Assembly (NCBI GenBank): GCA_036785375.1
Contig: JAWMAR010000433.1
Span: 496,001-560,000 of the forward strand
From: Leucoraja ocellata
Taxonomy: Eukaryota
DNA length: 64,000 nt
Reading direction: 5' to 3'
The notes under the pieces were generated by a model, which was given only the letters and a program-made list of their open reading frames with translations, did not search any database and had not been told where the DNA came from. The translations under genes and the position numbers were made by a program. Of this stretch, positions 1 through 13,044 are shown piece by piece (positions within the stretch are counted from its first letter, which is position 1; each line of letters begins with the position of its first letter).

Positions 1-1491
1 TACAGTATCAACTGAATAGCCTGGATAAGATGTGATCACAATCATAGGAACAGTTCAACACCTGGCATGGCTCCCTTTTCGCCAATATCCCAGAGAACGC
101 AAGACCTGGATTTCTGGAAACAAAACGGTATGGAGATGATGCATGCCCTCTCTTAATTCAGAGATTTGCATACATGTAAATTATTTTTCATGTTAAATGA
201 TTAGATGTTATTTGAATTGGTGATGGAATAAATTGCAGGTGCAAGTTTGACCATTTGCATGTGAATTGCCAGTGTTTGACTGAAATGTGGCAGGCTAATG
301 CCTAAGGAAGGATCACTTTAGTAGAAGATGAATAGGAAAATAAATAAATGGTCATTTGTATTATTTTTTTTAGATTTTCTGCTAATCTGGTGATGAGATT
401 TTTGAGTAGTTTGAGATGCAGAAATATAGAATTATAGTTATAAGATACTGTAGGATCAGAATTATACTGCATATCATATTTATTGTGGTACAAGTAAATA
501 CAGCATCTCTTGCACGCCAATGCAGCAAATGTCAGAAATGAACTCTTGAAGTAGTCATCATGTACTACTGTAAACAGCTCTGAAGAATAGATAAGAGAAC
601 TACTTGGAAACCAAATTAAGAAGCTGTGAAAAGGGAAACAATAGATTAATGCCTTTGATTGTATGCCCCGCTAGGATGTTGTCTGAAATGCTGTTGCATG
701 CTTCTTTCTTGGGGAAATTTTGTGCACGATTTACTACTATCAGCAGTGAAAACAGCATACTAGAGATATATTTAATCCTTCCCTGAATGTAATTTACTTC
801 CTGCATGAGAAACGCTATAACTGGATTTATTTTATGTCAATTCTGGGAATAAATCAGTAATTAAGAGATTTAACAATCCGGATATCATTGAAAAGGAATG
901 GCTGGATGCAGACCATCACAGGGGACTAAGGATGGTTGATAATGGTGCGGAATGGCGTGATGTTACCAAAAGGGCATACGGCAACTTTATTTTAAAAACC
1001 AGAGAAACATCATTCACTTCAGATTGGAGAACATCGAATCATACGGGGCCAGTAACACACTGCAGCTCACATTATTTATTTCTGCAGGCTACACATTTTA
1101 CATGCAAACAGAATCCACTGCTTCCCCAGCAGCAGATCAAAAGAGCATTCAACAAGAAATTAAGCAATTATCTAACAGAGACTGATTGGGATTTGTACTT
1201 GCCAACCTGAATCTTGATTCTATTCCCTATCTGTAACTTGAGCAACACAGGATATCATTTTCTTTCCATGCTGGGCTGGCAGCGAGAAGGGCAGTTAAAC
1301 TCATCCCTAAACTTTCCAATGTTATTAGTAACAGAAAATCTTGATTGCCCTGAAAGAATTTCTGCACACTTCAGGACAACTGTTAGGGTTTTACTGGTAA
1401 TGAAGTAATTTTTAAAGTTTGCAACTCTTAAAATACCAATAATTAGAGTATTGCTATTGACTCAAAGTTGACATTGCTGAAATAATAAATG

Positions 1492-1685
1492 GTGCTAATA
1501 GACAATAGAAAGAGACAATAGGTGCAGGAGTAGGCCGTTCGGCCCTTCAAGCCTGCACCGCCGTTCACTGTGATCAAGGCTGATCTTCCACAATCAGTAC
1601 CCCGTTCCTGCCTTCTCCACATATTCCTTGATTCCACTATATTCCAGAGCTCCATCTACTGTAACTCTCTTGAAAACATCCGGAG
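1492..1685 (-). mobile_element. CR1 3' end
   Basis: caataga tail and ggtgcaggagtaggcc 3' UTR motif. Confidence 0.75.
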
Positions 1686-2458
1686 AATTGACCATAATAG
1701 AATGATGACTCTATCATGTGCATGCAACATCAATACGGAGTGCAGACAGACAAGATGTAAAATAATGGAATAGCAACAGTAAATTTCCATTCAATCTTCT
1801 GCCCACTCATTGACCGTAACGACAAAGAGGAGAATCAAGACTGACAAAATAATGCAACTGGCTTGCTGGCCATTTCTATGTCCCTGGTTTCCTATGAGAG
1901 GGAAAGCACTAAGTCAAGACATTAGAAGAAAATTAATGTTTTGTTCATTCAGAAGGGCAAGAGGTTCTGGAGGCAAATACATAGTGGACCATGAAAAGTA
2001 GAGGCGGCGATATATAGTGGCCAAAACAAGTCTTCTCCTTCCATTACAGATTTCATGATCTCAATGCTTTCCAAAACTCTTCACAGTAAATGCAGACCTT
2101 TAGAGGCACAAGGCACTGCTAATGCTGCAAATTGAGCAAAAGACAAAGTACTGGTGCATCTCAGCTAGCCAGGCAGCATCTGTGGAGAGAAATTAACATA
2201 ATGTTCTAAATCAAGTCATTTCTTCAGGTCTTTATTGGCCTCAGAGTATAAAGTCATGGAAATTATAATAAACCTTTACAGGGCACTGCCTAGGCCACAA
2301 CTGGAGTACCACATTCAGTTAAGGTCAGCACCGTTTAGGTAGGATGTGGTGAGTAGAGAAAGTATTCATTCAAATAATTTGTGAAAAAAAGGTAATACAG
2401 CTGCAAGGGTAAACTGAAGGAATTGTGGTTTTCTCCTTGAAGTAAAGAAGATGGAGAC

Positions 2459-4660
2459 AATAGACAATAGACAATAGCAGAACCCTACTCCCAATGTACA
2501 CTACATCCACTGGCTCTCCCTTGCCCATTTTCCTAGTTACATACTCAAAAATGTTCAGAAGATTAGTCAAGCATAATTTCCCCTTTGTAAATCCATGCTG
2601 ACTCGAATCGATCCTATTGCTGTTATCCAAATGTGCTGCTATTTCATCTTTTATGATTGACTCCAGCATCTTCCCCACCACCAATGTCAGGCTAACTGGT
2701 TTATAATTCCATGTTTTCTCTCCCACTTTTCTTAAAAAGTGGGATAACATTAGCTACCCTCCAATCCACAGGAACTGATCCTGAATCTATAGAACATTGG
2801 AAAATTATCACCAATGCATCCACAATTTCTAGAGCCAGTTCCTTAAGTACCCTGGGATGCAGACCATCAGTCCCTGGGGCTTTATCAGCCTTCAGTCCCA
2901 TCAGTCTATCCAACACCAATTCCTGCCTAATGTGCATTTCCTTCAGTTCCTTCGTCACCCCAGATCCTCTGGCCACGAGTACATCAGGAAGATTGTTTGT
3001 GTCCTCCTTAGTGAAGATGGATCCAAAGTACCTGTTTAACTTATCTGCCATTTCCTTGTTCCCCATAATAAATTCACCTATTGTGTCCAACTTTGGTCTT
3101 AACTCATCTTTTCCTCTTCAAATACCTAAAGAAGCTTTTACTATCCTCCTTTACATTCATAGCTAGCTTAACTTTGCACCTCATCTATTCTCCCCATAAT
3201 GTCTTTTTAGTTATCTTCTGTTGCTCTTTAAACATTACCCAATCCTCTTGCTTCCAGCTCATCATTGTACTTCTTCTCTTTTCTCTAGGGGGCGCTGTCC
3301 TGTATGGTATGGCTGCCCAGCCTGCAGCTGTCCGTTTTATCACCTCGGTTTTTTTTTTGTGAGTTATAGTGTTTTGTTTCTGGAGCTCTAACCTTTTTTT
3401 ATGTGGGTGGGGGAAGGGGGAAACTGCTTTTCAGGGTCCCTACCTGGTCGGAGTGGCGCTTTTCTCCGGGCAGCACCTTCGACCCATCGTCGCGGCCTAC
3501 CAGTGGGCCTGGAGTGGCGTTTCCTTAGGGGACCAGCCAGAACCTCGGCTTCGGCGGCGGCACAGCACTGGAGCGCTATAGCGGAGCGGGCAATGCCTTG
3601 ACCGGGTCGCCGCGCTGGAACTCCGGTGAGCTGAGACCGCCGATAAAAAAAATCCCGGAGCTGCGGACCTGTGGAGCGACCAGCCGCGGGCGACGGCGCC
3701 GAAGTTTACATCGGGAGCCTGGGATCTCTCGCCAAGATCACCAGTGGTGGAACTCAATCCAGCGCGGCCTGTCGGCTTCGGAAGCCGCGGTCTCGGTAAG
3801 GAAGCGGCCGTTCCAGGTTGCCCAAGCCACTGTGAGTATTCTCCCGATGCCGGAGCACCATCATCCGGCGAGAAGGGCCTGGAACATCGGGCCTCCGTAA
3901 TAGACGACTGCGGAGGCCAAAATAGGCCCGACTATGGGTGGACATGGGATGGAGACTGGACATTGTGCCTTCCCTCATAATGGGAACCATTGTGGGGGGA
4001 TGTATTTTATGTTTAAATTTCTTTATTATTGTTACGTCTGTATTCTTTTTTTATGTGCTGCATTGGCAATAAGCATTTCACTACAGCTATTGGTGTATGT
4101 GACTAATGAAGAACCTTTGAATCTTTTATTTTTATACTGTCCCTGACTTCCCTTGTCAGCCACGGTCGCCCCTTACTCCCCTTGGAATCTTTCTTCCTCT
4201 TTGGAATGAACTGATCCAGCACCTTCTGTAATATCCCCAGAAATACCTGCCATTGTTGTTCCACTGTCATCCCTGCTAGAGTATCTTTCCAGTCAGCTTT
4301 GGCCAGCTCCTCCCTCATGGCTCCATTGTCCCCTTTGTTCATCTGTAACACTGACACTTCTGATTTACCCTTCTCCCTCTCACATTGTAGATTAAAACTT
4401 ATCACATTATGGTCACTACCACCTAATGGCTCCTTAACCTCGTTCCCTTATCAAATCCAGTTCATTACACAACACTAAATCCAGAATTGCCTTCTCTCCT
4501 GGTAGGCTCCAGTACAAGCTGCTCTAAGAATACATCACTGAGACACTCCACAAACTCCCTTTCTTGGGGTCCAGTTCCAACCTGAATTTCCCAGTCTACC
4601 TGCATGTTGAAATCTCCCATAACAACCGTAGCATGACCTTTAATACATGCCAATTTTAAC
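2459..4660 (-). mobile_element. CR1 LINE internal fragment (APE to RT), degenerate
   Basis: VVMGDFN, PWLT.EV, KAPG.DGLHPRVLKE, NY.PVSLT and QHGF in minus-strand ORFs. Interrupted at 3283-4121. Confidence 0.9.
3283..4121 (+). mobile_element. GC-rich non-coding retroposon with a Rex-type 3' tail, inserted in a CR1
   Basis: TSD tctttt. 3' end atttcact...ggtgtatgtgactaat with a cctttgaa tail. Homologous to 19342-19710 (-). Confidence 0.72.
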
Positions 4661-5069
4661 TTAGGAGATAACTGGTTCAGATTCAGTAAGTAAAGGGTAT
4701 TTGTTTAGATAAGCAAATGAATCCAGCACCTGTGACACCAATGTAAAATGTACAGCACACATTCGAGGAGGATATTGAGTAAATGTTTTATGTAGAGGGG
4801 AGTTTTGATTTGAATCTCACTATCTACGTGTGTACTGCTAATAGTACCAATCCTTTCTCTGAAGAAGGATTCGGACAGGCACTTGAGGGGAAATCATTCT
4901 GCAGGGCTTTTGGGTGAAAAGGTGAACTCCCCTACTCAGCCAGTCTGAACAACATGTCATGAATGCCCTCATTCAAATCTCTAACTATTCCATGATTTAT
5001 AGATGAACTGTCAAGGTTTTTTATCAGAATAATGTCATGGAATCATTAAAATCTACCAGAGAGAGCAAC

Positions 5070-5230
5070 GTGGCCTCTACCACCTCATCTGGTAGATGAC
5101 ACCCCCACATATACCAGTAGTACAATGAAGCAAAATCAAGATGTTTGTGCTTGTGTCTCCAGAGTAGGTTTTAAACCTACAATCTTCTGTCTGAAAGGCA
5201 AGCGAGTTGCTCTTTCTGCCGATGCTACTT
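5070..5230 (-). mobile_element. Ancient Deu-domain SINE (SacSINE1/AmnSINE1-like), 5' part
   Basis: Reverse complement resembles the tRNA-derived head and start of the Deu domain as I recall the consensus. Heavily diverged. Confidence 0.5.
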
Positions 5231-6229
5231 GATTGTATCCAGCATTTTCGGTGTTTCGTTAGGTTTTTCACTTGGCTGTGGTCCACCCTCTGCATCATTG
5301 TTTACCAAGCCCCTAAATTGGACTATGGGTAACTTGTAGTAATATTCTCTAACCCTTTCTGCAAGTTCTGTACTAATGCAGAGATCAAGCAAAGATCCCA
5401 AAATGGTACAAGATATTTGTTCCCCTGGTTTTCCTTTCTCCCACTTGACCTTTTCAAAGCATTCTTGTGGAAATTAAAAATTGCAGATATGTCACATTTA
5501 TTATATTTAAGTAGAGAGTAATTTCCTTGAAGAATTCCATCAAATTGAACTCATTTTCACCTATTCACATCTGACACCCTTTCCAGCCAATCCTAAATTA
5601 CAGTGCAATTCATTGGATGTGCTTACCTAATACTGCTGCATTTATAATATTTCTAAGCAGATACCAGTATTTAACTCATAGTTAACCCCAGCAGACCACC
5701 TAACTTTGTGAATTAATGTAGTGTTGTTGTTTCCAGAAATGGGTAAGAAATCAGCAAAAATACATGACTGGGTCTCGTGCTAGCCATTCTTAATTTGTTT
5801 TCATTATTATTCCTCCTTTCTTATATTTTTTCCGGACCTATCCAACTATCTCATACAATGTTTCTTTTCGAATTGTTGCCACCTTTGTGATGTAGACTAT
5901 TGATGAATGGCAAATCCAGAATCTCCAGTATGAAGAGCTAATTTAGTATTGCTGTGATCGTATCAAATGCATGATCGTGAATTAGCACCCCTTCTTCCAA
6001 CTATCTTGACGTTGAAATTTGTTGGTAAGTATTCAACAGGTTTGTCTCCTTGAGAAGCAAGTAAAAATAGAAATGGGTGTTGTGTGCTTCCACTTAGTTA
6101 CAAATAAAAGAACACAACTAATTAACTGTCCCGGTAAACAAAAACTATTTATTTTTCTCGGCAGCAGTCAAAACTTTAAATACTATAGTGTTCCCACTTT
6201 GGCGAGCAGACCCGTGATGGATGTGTTAA

Positions 6230-6530
6230 ATAATTTGCATTTAAAGAGACCATTTCACCATCATGAAGTGTTCCAAAGTGTTTAACAGTCAGCAGTTGTG
6301 AACGTGGTCATTATTGAAATGTAGGAAATGTGGTAGTCATTATACAAGCAGAGGTCACCCAGAAACACCAGTGGGATAATAACCAGATAATGAGACAAGC
6401 CCTCTGAAGTCCAGTTCAGCATAAACTATTCCAACCATTAGTGATTAGCCCCATCTTGAATGACCTTCAACTGGTGAAGCCCTACCCCACCTTCCTCTAA
6501 TGAAAGGTTGGAACCTCAAACTATGGAATC
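6230..6530 (-). mobile_element. Ancient Deu-SINE/L2-type tail fragment
   Basis: ttgcattta...aatgtaggaaa...ataatnaccagataat pattern. A similar piece lies at 14770-14850. Confidence 0.5.
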
Positions 6531-7324
6531 AAAATAGATGATAAATCTTCAGGACATTTTCACGATTATGCATGCTCCGCAAAGGATCAAATAATAATTA
6601 ATCTTCATAATGTTCATTATAGATTAGGGGATTTGCGTGCATATCTGGCAGCTGATTATAACGATAACGAGGTAAAAATGCTTGATGTTCTTTTCCTTCA
6701 AATCTTTCATTGTGGACAAATTGTGAAAATTGTCCAAAGGCATTTCTATAATATCAGCAAAGAAGCACGAGGTCTGCGATTTATTTTTGCTTGCAGTTGA
6801 CAACTGAAATATAAATTACATAGCTGGGTTTCAATAGAAGTGAAGTTGAAGTGCATTGCAATCAATGATGCTACAGAGAGTAAATCATTTGTACAATCAA
6901 AATAGCAGCTGGGTGATTGGAATACACATGCCATAAACTCAAGGCACACACAAATCATTTCCATAAATAATGCAAGCTAAGTTTCAGTTGAGAAAATAAA
7001 CCCTTGGGAAAATAATTGAATTTGAGTAAAAATTATTTTTTAATTTTAATGAAGCCTATGTTAAACCAACACCAGAATTAATTTCCCCTTTTTTCTTAGG
7101 TAAACATTATTAATTATTTTTGTATGCATTTTTTTCTTAATATTTTTTTTTTGTTGTTGTTATTTTGTGTTTTAGACATTGTTTTATTTTTTTTATTGTG
7201 CTGTTCCCAGCAAAATGACTGGCTGCTGGTGTGTGGTAATGTTCGGATGTGATGGCCCAGCATTTCTGAGCACTGGATCATTTGATCTTTTTGTGAGGTT
7301 TATTTTGGATGCTTCTGCACAATC

Positions 7325-7698
7325 AGGAAGTGTATAAAATCACGAGAGGAATAGATTGGGGAGATGCACAGAGTCTCTTGCCCTGAGTAAGTGAATTGAG
7401 GACCAGAGGACATTGGATTAAGGTGAAGGGGAAAAGATTTGATAGCAATCTAAGGGGTAATTTTTTCATACAACGGGTAGTGGGGGGTATGGAACAAGCT
7501 ACCAGAGGAGGTAGTTGAGGCTGGGACTATCCCAACGTTTAGGAAACAGTTAGACAGGTACATGGATAGGACAGGTTTAGAGGGATACGGACCAAACGCT
7601 GACAGGTGGGACTCATGTAGCTGGGATATGTTGGCCGGTGTGTGCAAGTTGGCCAAAGGGCCTGTTTCCACACTGTATCTCTCTATGACTATGACTCT
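7325..7698 (+). mobile_element. CR1 3' end
   Basis: TRGH and WN.LPEEVVEAG coding remnants, gggcctgtttcc motif, ctatga tail. Confidence 0.8.
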
Positions 7699-10600
7699 GT
7701 TAGAACCAGGCAGAAAACTGCTGGTTGTTTAATTTATTCTTCCATTTATTCAGCATTTCATGGGTTTTATTACCCTGTAACCTCAAAATATTCTTTACAT
7801 TGCAATGCAAGATCACTGAATTCAGCTTGTTTATTTTTCAGAGAAAGAACAAGTCAGAGTAAGAGATGAAAATTAGATTCAGAACGCAATGGGACTTCAT
7901 TGCACCAACTTTTAGCATTTGATTGTTTGGTTTGAATTTCAACCATGACTCACCATTATAGAACTGTAGGGAGTCTCTCATTAATCGTCAATTTGAGATA
8001 CATCGTTCTGTTCCATCATCCACAATGCCTCAAGGATATAATAGTTGATGTCAATCTTACGCAGCGCTGGTTTACTGTTTATACTGCCAGTTTGGGCTGT
8101 ATCCATCTAGCTAAACCACAGTGTGAATCACACAAGGGAAATCACCATTTGAAGGGATCATCAACTTCTTGTTAGATTGATTGGGATGCAAGAACGTTCA
8201 GGAGAATTGTGCTGCAGATCTTTTTTTTCATATATTTTGGAAAGCAGAAGTAAAAGTGGGCTCTCAGTCCCAAAATTGGAAGCTTTGGTTATGGGCCAGT
8301 GGGCACTCCAGCTAAAACATGGGGAGGCATGAAGATAAGGCCTTGTTTTTAGAGGAGGAGGGATATGGCTTAACCTACACGTGTAAAAATAGTTTGCAGC
8401 TCGCCAATATAGTCAGGACTTTGCCTCGATTTCTACTCGAGGAACTTCATCACCTTGGATGATATGCAGAAGGATCCATGATCACGTTGATTTACATACA
8501 GAGAGTTTTGGTGTGTTTTGAGGTGATTTAGATTATGCCCTTTTTCACCATAGGCTCTACAGACAAGAAAGAACAAAAAGGGCCTGTAATCCCTGACAGC
8601 CAGCCAAAAATAATGATGGTCACAGTCTGCCAATCATCAAACACCACTCTGGAACAACAGGGACATGGACTAGGCCATCAATCTCTCCCTCTCACATCAG
8701 TCAGGATTATTAAATACATTTCCAAGCATTAACATCTTGAAAACTGCAGAGCAACAGGGAACAATATGAATCCTAGGGCCAATAAATAAATGTTCAGATG
8801 CCTAGTGATGCATGCTGTCCCCCTTGGTACACTCTGGAGAGTATCAGTTGTTTTGTCATTGCCCATTGAGTCCAACTTGAACCATACATTCTGTTAGCAA
8901 AGTCATTGAAGCACAACAGACGTGGGAGGTGGAGGAAGAAGAGAAAGAAAAAGATCATCAGAAGATCCAGTCAGAAAGCAATCAGAAGCTCTGTCTGAAC
9001 CCCATCCTTCAGATTCTGCACATGCCCACCTACCTAACCATGATAGACGACACACTGACTAACATATTTCCCTCTCTCTTGCAGGAGCAAATGATACTAA
9101 CCAACAACAGATTACTGAACAACAGAACACTCACCAATAACTATTACCTTGTGCACAGGTTGATGGCCTGAGTGCAGGCCGCCTTTGAAGTTTTGGTGGA
9201 GAAAAGGGGAGGGGAGGGCAGTGTTTGGCAGCATCTTTGGCTGGTAGCTGTGCAGAGGTAAATTGATGATAACATCATGTTCATATCTAGTGCTCCTTTT
9301 GATATGCCATAATTGCATCTGGGTTTACAAGATGTGAATAGCCTTTCATCACTGTGACCATTGCTAGTGTCGTTCTCCTTTCAAATAGCTGAACTCTGAG
9401 CTGGCCTAGCCCCAGGTGCTGAATAGGAAGTAACTGAAGAAGCCAGGTATCATGTCAGTGGATCTCCAGCACAAAGAAATCAGTTTAGATGCTGGCAGAC
9501 TGCTGACAGTACAGTTGGGTTTAGAGATGGGATCTTAACAGGATCAGTCACCTGGAGAATATTATAACTAAGCCAGGGGGAAAGCTTAACCTATGCCCCA
9601 GCCACTCAGAAAGGGAGGTCATAAAAGCAACTAAGTTCTCACTATCTATATTCACAAATACTATCAACAATGCAGCGATGTGATATTGCTTGCATATTAA
9701 CAAAATTCCCCCGTAGTTCAAATGCACTTGCACAATTACCAACTCTTGCGATACAACATGTTCATTGTCAATTACAAATATGAAAACTGCATGCAGTACA
9801 TTTGGAGTGGTGGCCATCAACAGGCCAGTACATAAAAATAACACTGGGCAAAATGTATTAAAAAAGTAATCAGTATTCGACTCGTATCAAGAACATTGAA
9901 ATACAAGATGCTGGACCTTCGTGTGTAAGGATCAGTAATCTTCTCGGAATTTGTATTGAATTCCTTCAGGATTAATTGCTTTATGTTTTTGATAACTAGT
10001 TTGAGCGAGGATAATAATGACCCTTTGAATCTTCATTGTGCCTTTGAACAAGCTTGCTTTTTCCTGTCATTAATATTATATAAGGTTGGACAACTGATTA
10101 TATTTTTTAAAGTCCTCTATAATTTATTTAATGTTGGGTTTCTTTCTCTTTTGGTTTATCACACAAGATATCTAGTGAGTTTGGTCTCCCTTTACATAAT
10201 AGTGAACAATCATTGACACCGTTCTCGAGGTCACACATTTATCTACATATAGACAAATGATTTAAAGCGGATTATGATTAATGTATATGGTGTACAACTT
10301 AGTTCAATTCAAGGTCAAGTAGGGATTAATGGAGAAAACACTCAGGGAAATTGGAACAAGAAAGGGACATGTAGCCAATTAAAGCTCTTGATTCTACAAA
10401 TTGACGCAATTATTTATTGCAGAACATTATCATTTGATCTCGTGCGGGAGGTACTGTAGTATTTCCTTCCTTCTCCCACATCAAAGGAATATCATTGAAA
10501 AATCATTGTCTTACATCTCATATTATTCCGTGTAAATCCACAACCTTTGTATGAGTGCAGTTGTTGTTTTAATTGATCTATTTCACTTACAGAAAGGCAA

Positions 10601-11189
10601 ACATTAGCACAGCGCTTTGTCACTTTCTCGATAACTTGTTTTAGAGTTAATCAGTGAAATCAGTAAATGGGAAAGTCCAGCAGCAACTTGGGAGCAGCTG
10701 GACTCGTTTCAACCGGGGTTGCTGCTGAAGCATAAAGTAGTGACTGCACACAATTGACCAAGCTGCATATCCTAACATGTTATGAGGAACCAAGGGACTT
10801 GTTATTTAAAAGAAGTAAACAGAAGAAAATGCTAGAGGAACTGTTCCTACTAAGACACATATAATATGGACTGCACACTACCCAAGGAAATAAATCAAAT
10901 AAGAAAATGGTGTGTGTTTGTTGGAATTTATCTTTCTGGGGAGAGGAGCGTAAAAGGGAAATTTGGGATGGGAGTTGAGCATACGGATGAGTGGAAAGGA
11001 GAAGGCTGAGTGGGGTGGTGGGAGATAGTGGGAGAAATGTGTGTTGGGGAGAGGAAAGAGAGAAAGGGGGGTAGATTGCGTATTACTTGAAATTGTAGAA
11101 TAATATGAGGTGTTGTTCTTCATTGTGGGAAGGGGTGGGGGGGGAGACAAGCAAGGAATCTTTTCTGGAAAAATAGGCACAGAAACAAA

Positions 11190-12470
11190 GAAGAGCTCAA
11201 CGTCCTGGTGGACAAATGTTCATGTGCACCTCTTCCAATCCCATCTACCAATGTGGCCACTGTTACATTGATGAGACCAAGCATAGACAAGGGTACCATT
11301 TTGCTGAACACTTGCGTTTGTCCACCAAGGCCTGCTGTATCTCCCAAGTTGCTAACCAATTTAACTCCCCTTCTCATTTCCAAGCGGACCTTTCTGTCCT
11401 CAGCTTTCTCCTTTCCACTCATGTGCACCTCGTGTTCCGCTTACAACCCAATGGGATGAATTTGAATTTTCCATTTTCAAGTAATACCCCCCTCTCTTTC
11501 TCCTACCACCTCATGCTCCACTGATTCTGGCACACATACAGTTCTCCTACCATCTCCCATCATCCCTAATCACCCTGCTCATTCCCCCATCTCTATATTC
11601 TCATCTACCATCCCTAACTCCCACATTTCCCTTTTATTCCCCCTTTACCCTCTATCTTGTGCCCTTCCAATCATATGCCTCCCTGACTTTAGATTTCACG
11701 AGTCCACTTCTTTCCTCATCTGACAGCCTTTTCTTTCCATTTCACCTCCAGCATTTGTCGCTTATTCCATCCATCTGCCAATCACCCCCTCGCCTCTCCC
11801 CAACTTTCAATTGTCACACTTAGCTAGGGTTGCCAATGTTCTCACTCCCAAATAAGGGACAAAAAGGTCCAAATAAAGACAAATTCCCAGCAGCAATTAG
11901 TTGACCGACTCGGCCGTGGCTGGGTGATGAGTTGGCCCGGGTGCTGGACTGCACACAAAGCCCAGCAGGCAGGCCAGCTGAGGAGTTTTGCAAAGTCCGG
12001 CACCCCATCCAACTCATGAACTGATGATCGGCCATGAGAAGCAGGGGTGGTGGCATCGGCGGTAATAGAAGGTCCGAAGGTCGGACAGCTGGCCGAGCTG
12101 CCGACCAACGGGGCCACGGGCGAGGCACCGCTGCTGCACTACACGGGCTGCACTACGTCGGGACGGGTGAGGCGGGGCCTGACGCGGCGCTCTGACCCAA
12201 CAGTCCCCTCGACCCGCGTAGTAGCAGTCAAACATGGGACAAGGGCGGTCATGTATGGGACAAACCAATTTAGCCCAATATACAGGATGCCCGGCTAATA
12301 CCGGACAGTTGTCAACCCTACACTTAGCCCCATCCCCACCTCTCCTTTCCAGTTTTCTCTCCCCTACTGTTAGTATGAAGAAGGGTTCTGACCTAAAGCA
12401 TCACCTGTCCATTCCCTCCACAGATGCTGCCTGACCCACTGAGCTCCAGCAGACTTTTGATTTTTGGTAA
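11190..12470 (+). mobile_element. Penelope-like element 3' part (GIY-YIG remnant and pseudo-LTR), interrupted by a hAT MITE
   Basis: ORF 11216-11524 reads CTSSNPIY..CG.CYI.ETK.R.G..FAEHLR...VAN.FNSPSH. Pyrimidine-rich tract follows. Ends with cagatgctgcctgaccc. An inverted partial copy appears to lie upstream at about 10810-11120. Confidence 0.82.
11825..12320. mobile_element. hAT MITE with TAGGGTTGCC-type TIR
   Basis: TIR tagggttgccaa/ttgtcaacccta. Perfect 8-bp TSD cacttagc. Subterminal gggaca motifs. Confidence 0.92.
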
Positions 12471-12619
12471 ATGGCCCCTGGTCTCTTTCATCTCTTGTAC
12501 CACAGTCGATAAATGCATTATGCTCAGTCTTTTTAATACATGATCAATATTATTGAAGAACTATCTAAGTCTCATTGTAATAGTGCTAATGGAGTGAATA
12601 TTTTAATGAGTGGGTTAGA

Positions 12620-12890
12620 AGTTTCGTTTTGAGATACAGCGTGGAAACAGGCCCTACGGCCCACTGAGTCGGTGCCGACCAGCAGTCACCCATACACTGG
12701 TTCTATCCCACACACTGGGGTCAATTTACAGAATCCACTTAACTTACAAACCTGCACATCTTTGGATTGGGAGGAAATCAAGTACCCGGAGAAAATCCCG
12801 GCAGTCACAGGGAGAACGTACAAACTTCGTAGAGACAGCACCCGTAGTCAGGATCTCTAGTGCTGCAAATTAATTGTTGTGCCACTGTGC
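12620..12890 (-). mobile_element. HE1/V-SINE-like tRNA-derived SINE
   Basis: Core gtcacagggagaacgtacaaact and CR1-like tail ggaaacaggccc. Confidence 0.8.
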
Positions 12891-13044
12891 TGCCGGTGTG
12901 CAATATGGTTATGAGTTAACTGAACTGATCTTGCTTTGCTTGCATTCCCAGGATGCAAGGCAGCAGTGTTCTAATCTAAACCAGCATTCAGCTCATTTAC
13001 TGTGGAAAATAAGGACTATCAGCTCATCTAGGATTCTGTTCAGT

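Noticed and set aside
1-135. Possible small exon on either strand (open frames, acceptor-like ttttgtttccag on the minus strand)
   Set aside because: No recognisable peptide, weak partner splice sites, and truncated by the window edge.
2711-3166. 151-aa plus-strand ORF, and similar ORFs antisense to RT regions
   Set aside because: Shadow frames of CR1, Rex and DIRS coding sequence.
3369-3990. Cluster of overlapping ORFs in GC-rich sequence resembling a CpG-island gene
   Set aside because: Lies inside a TSD-bounded repeat. Open frames are explained by GC content.
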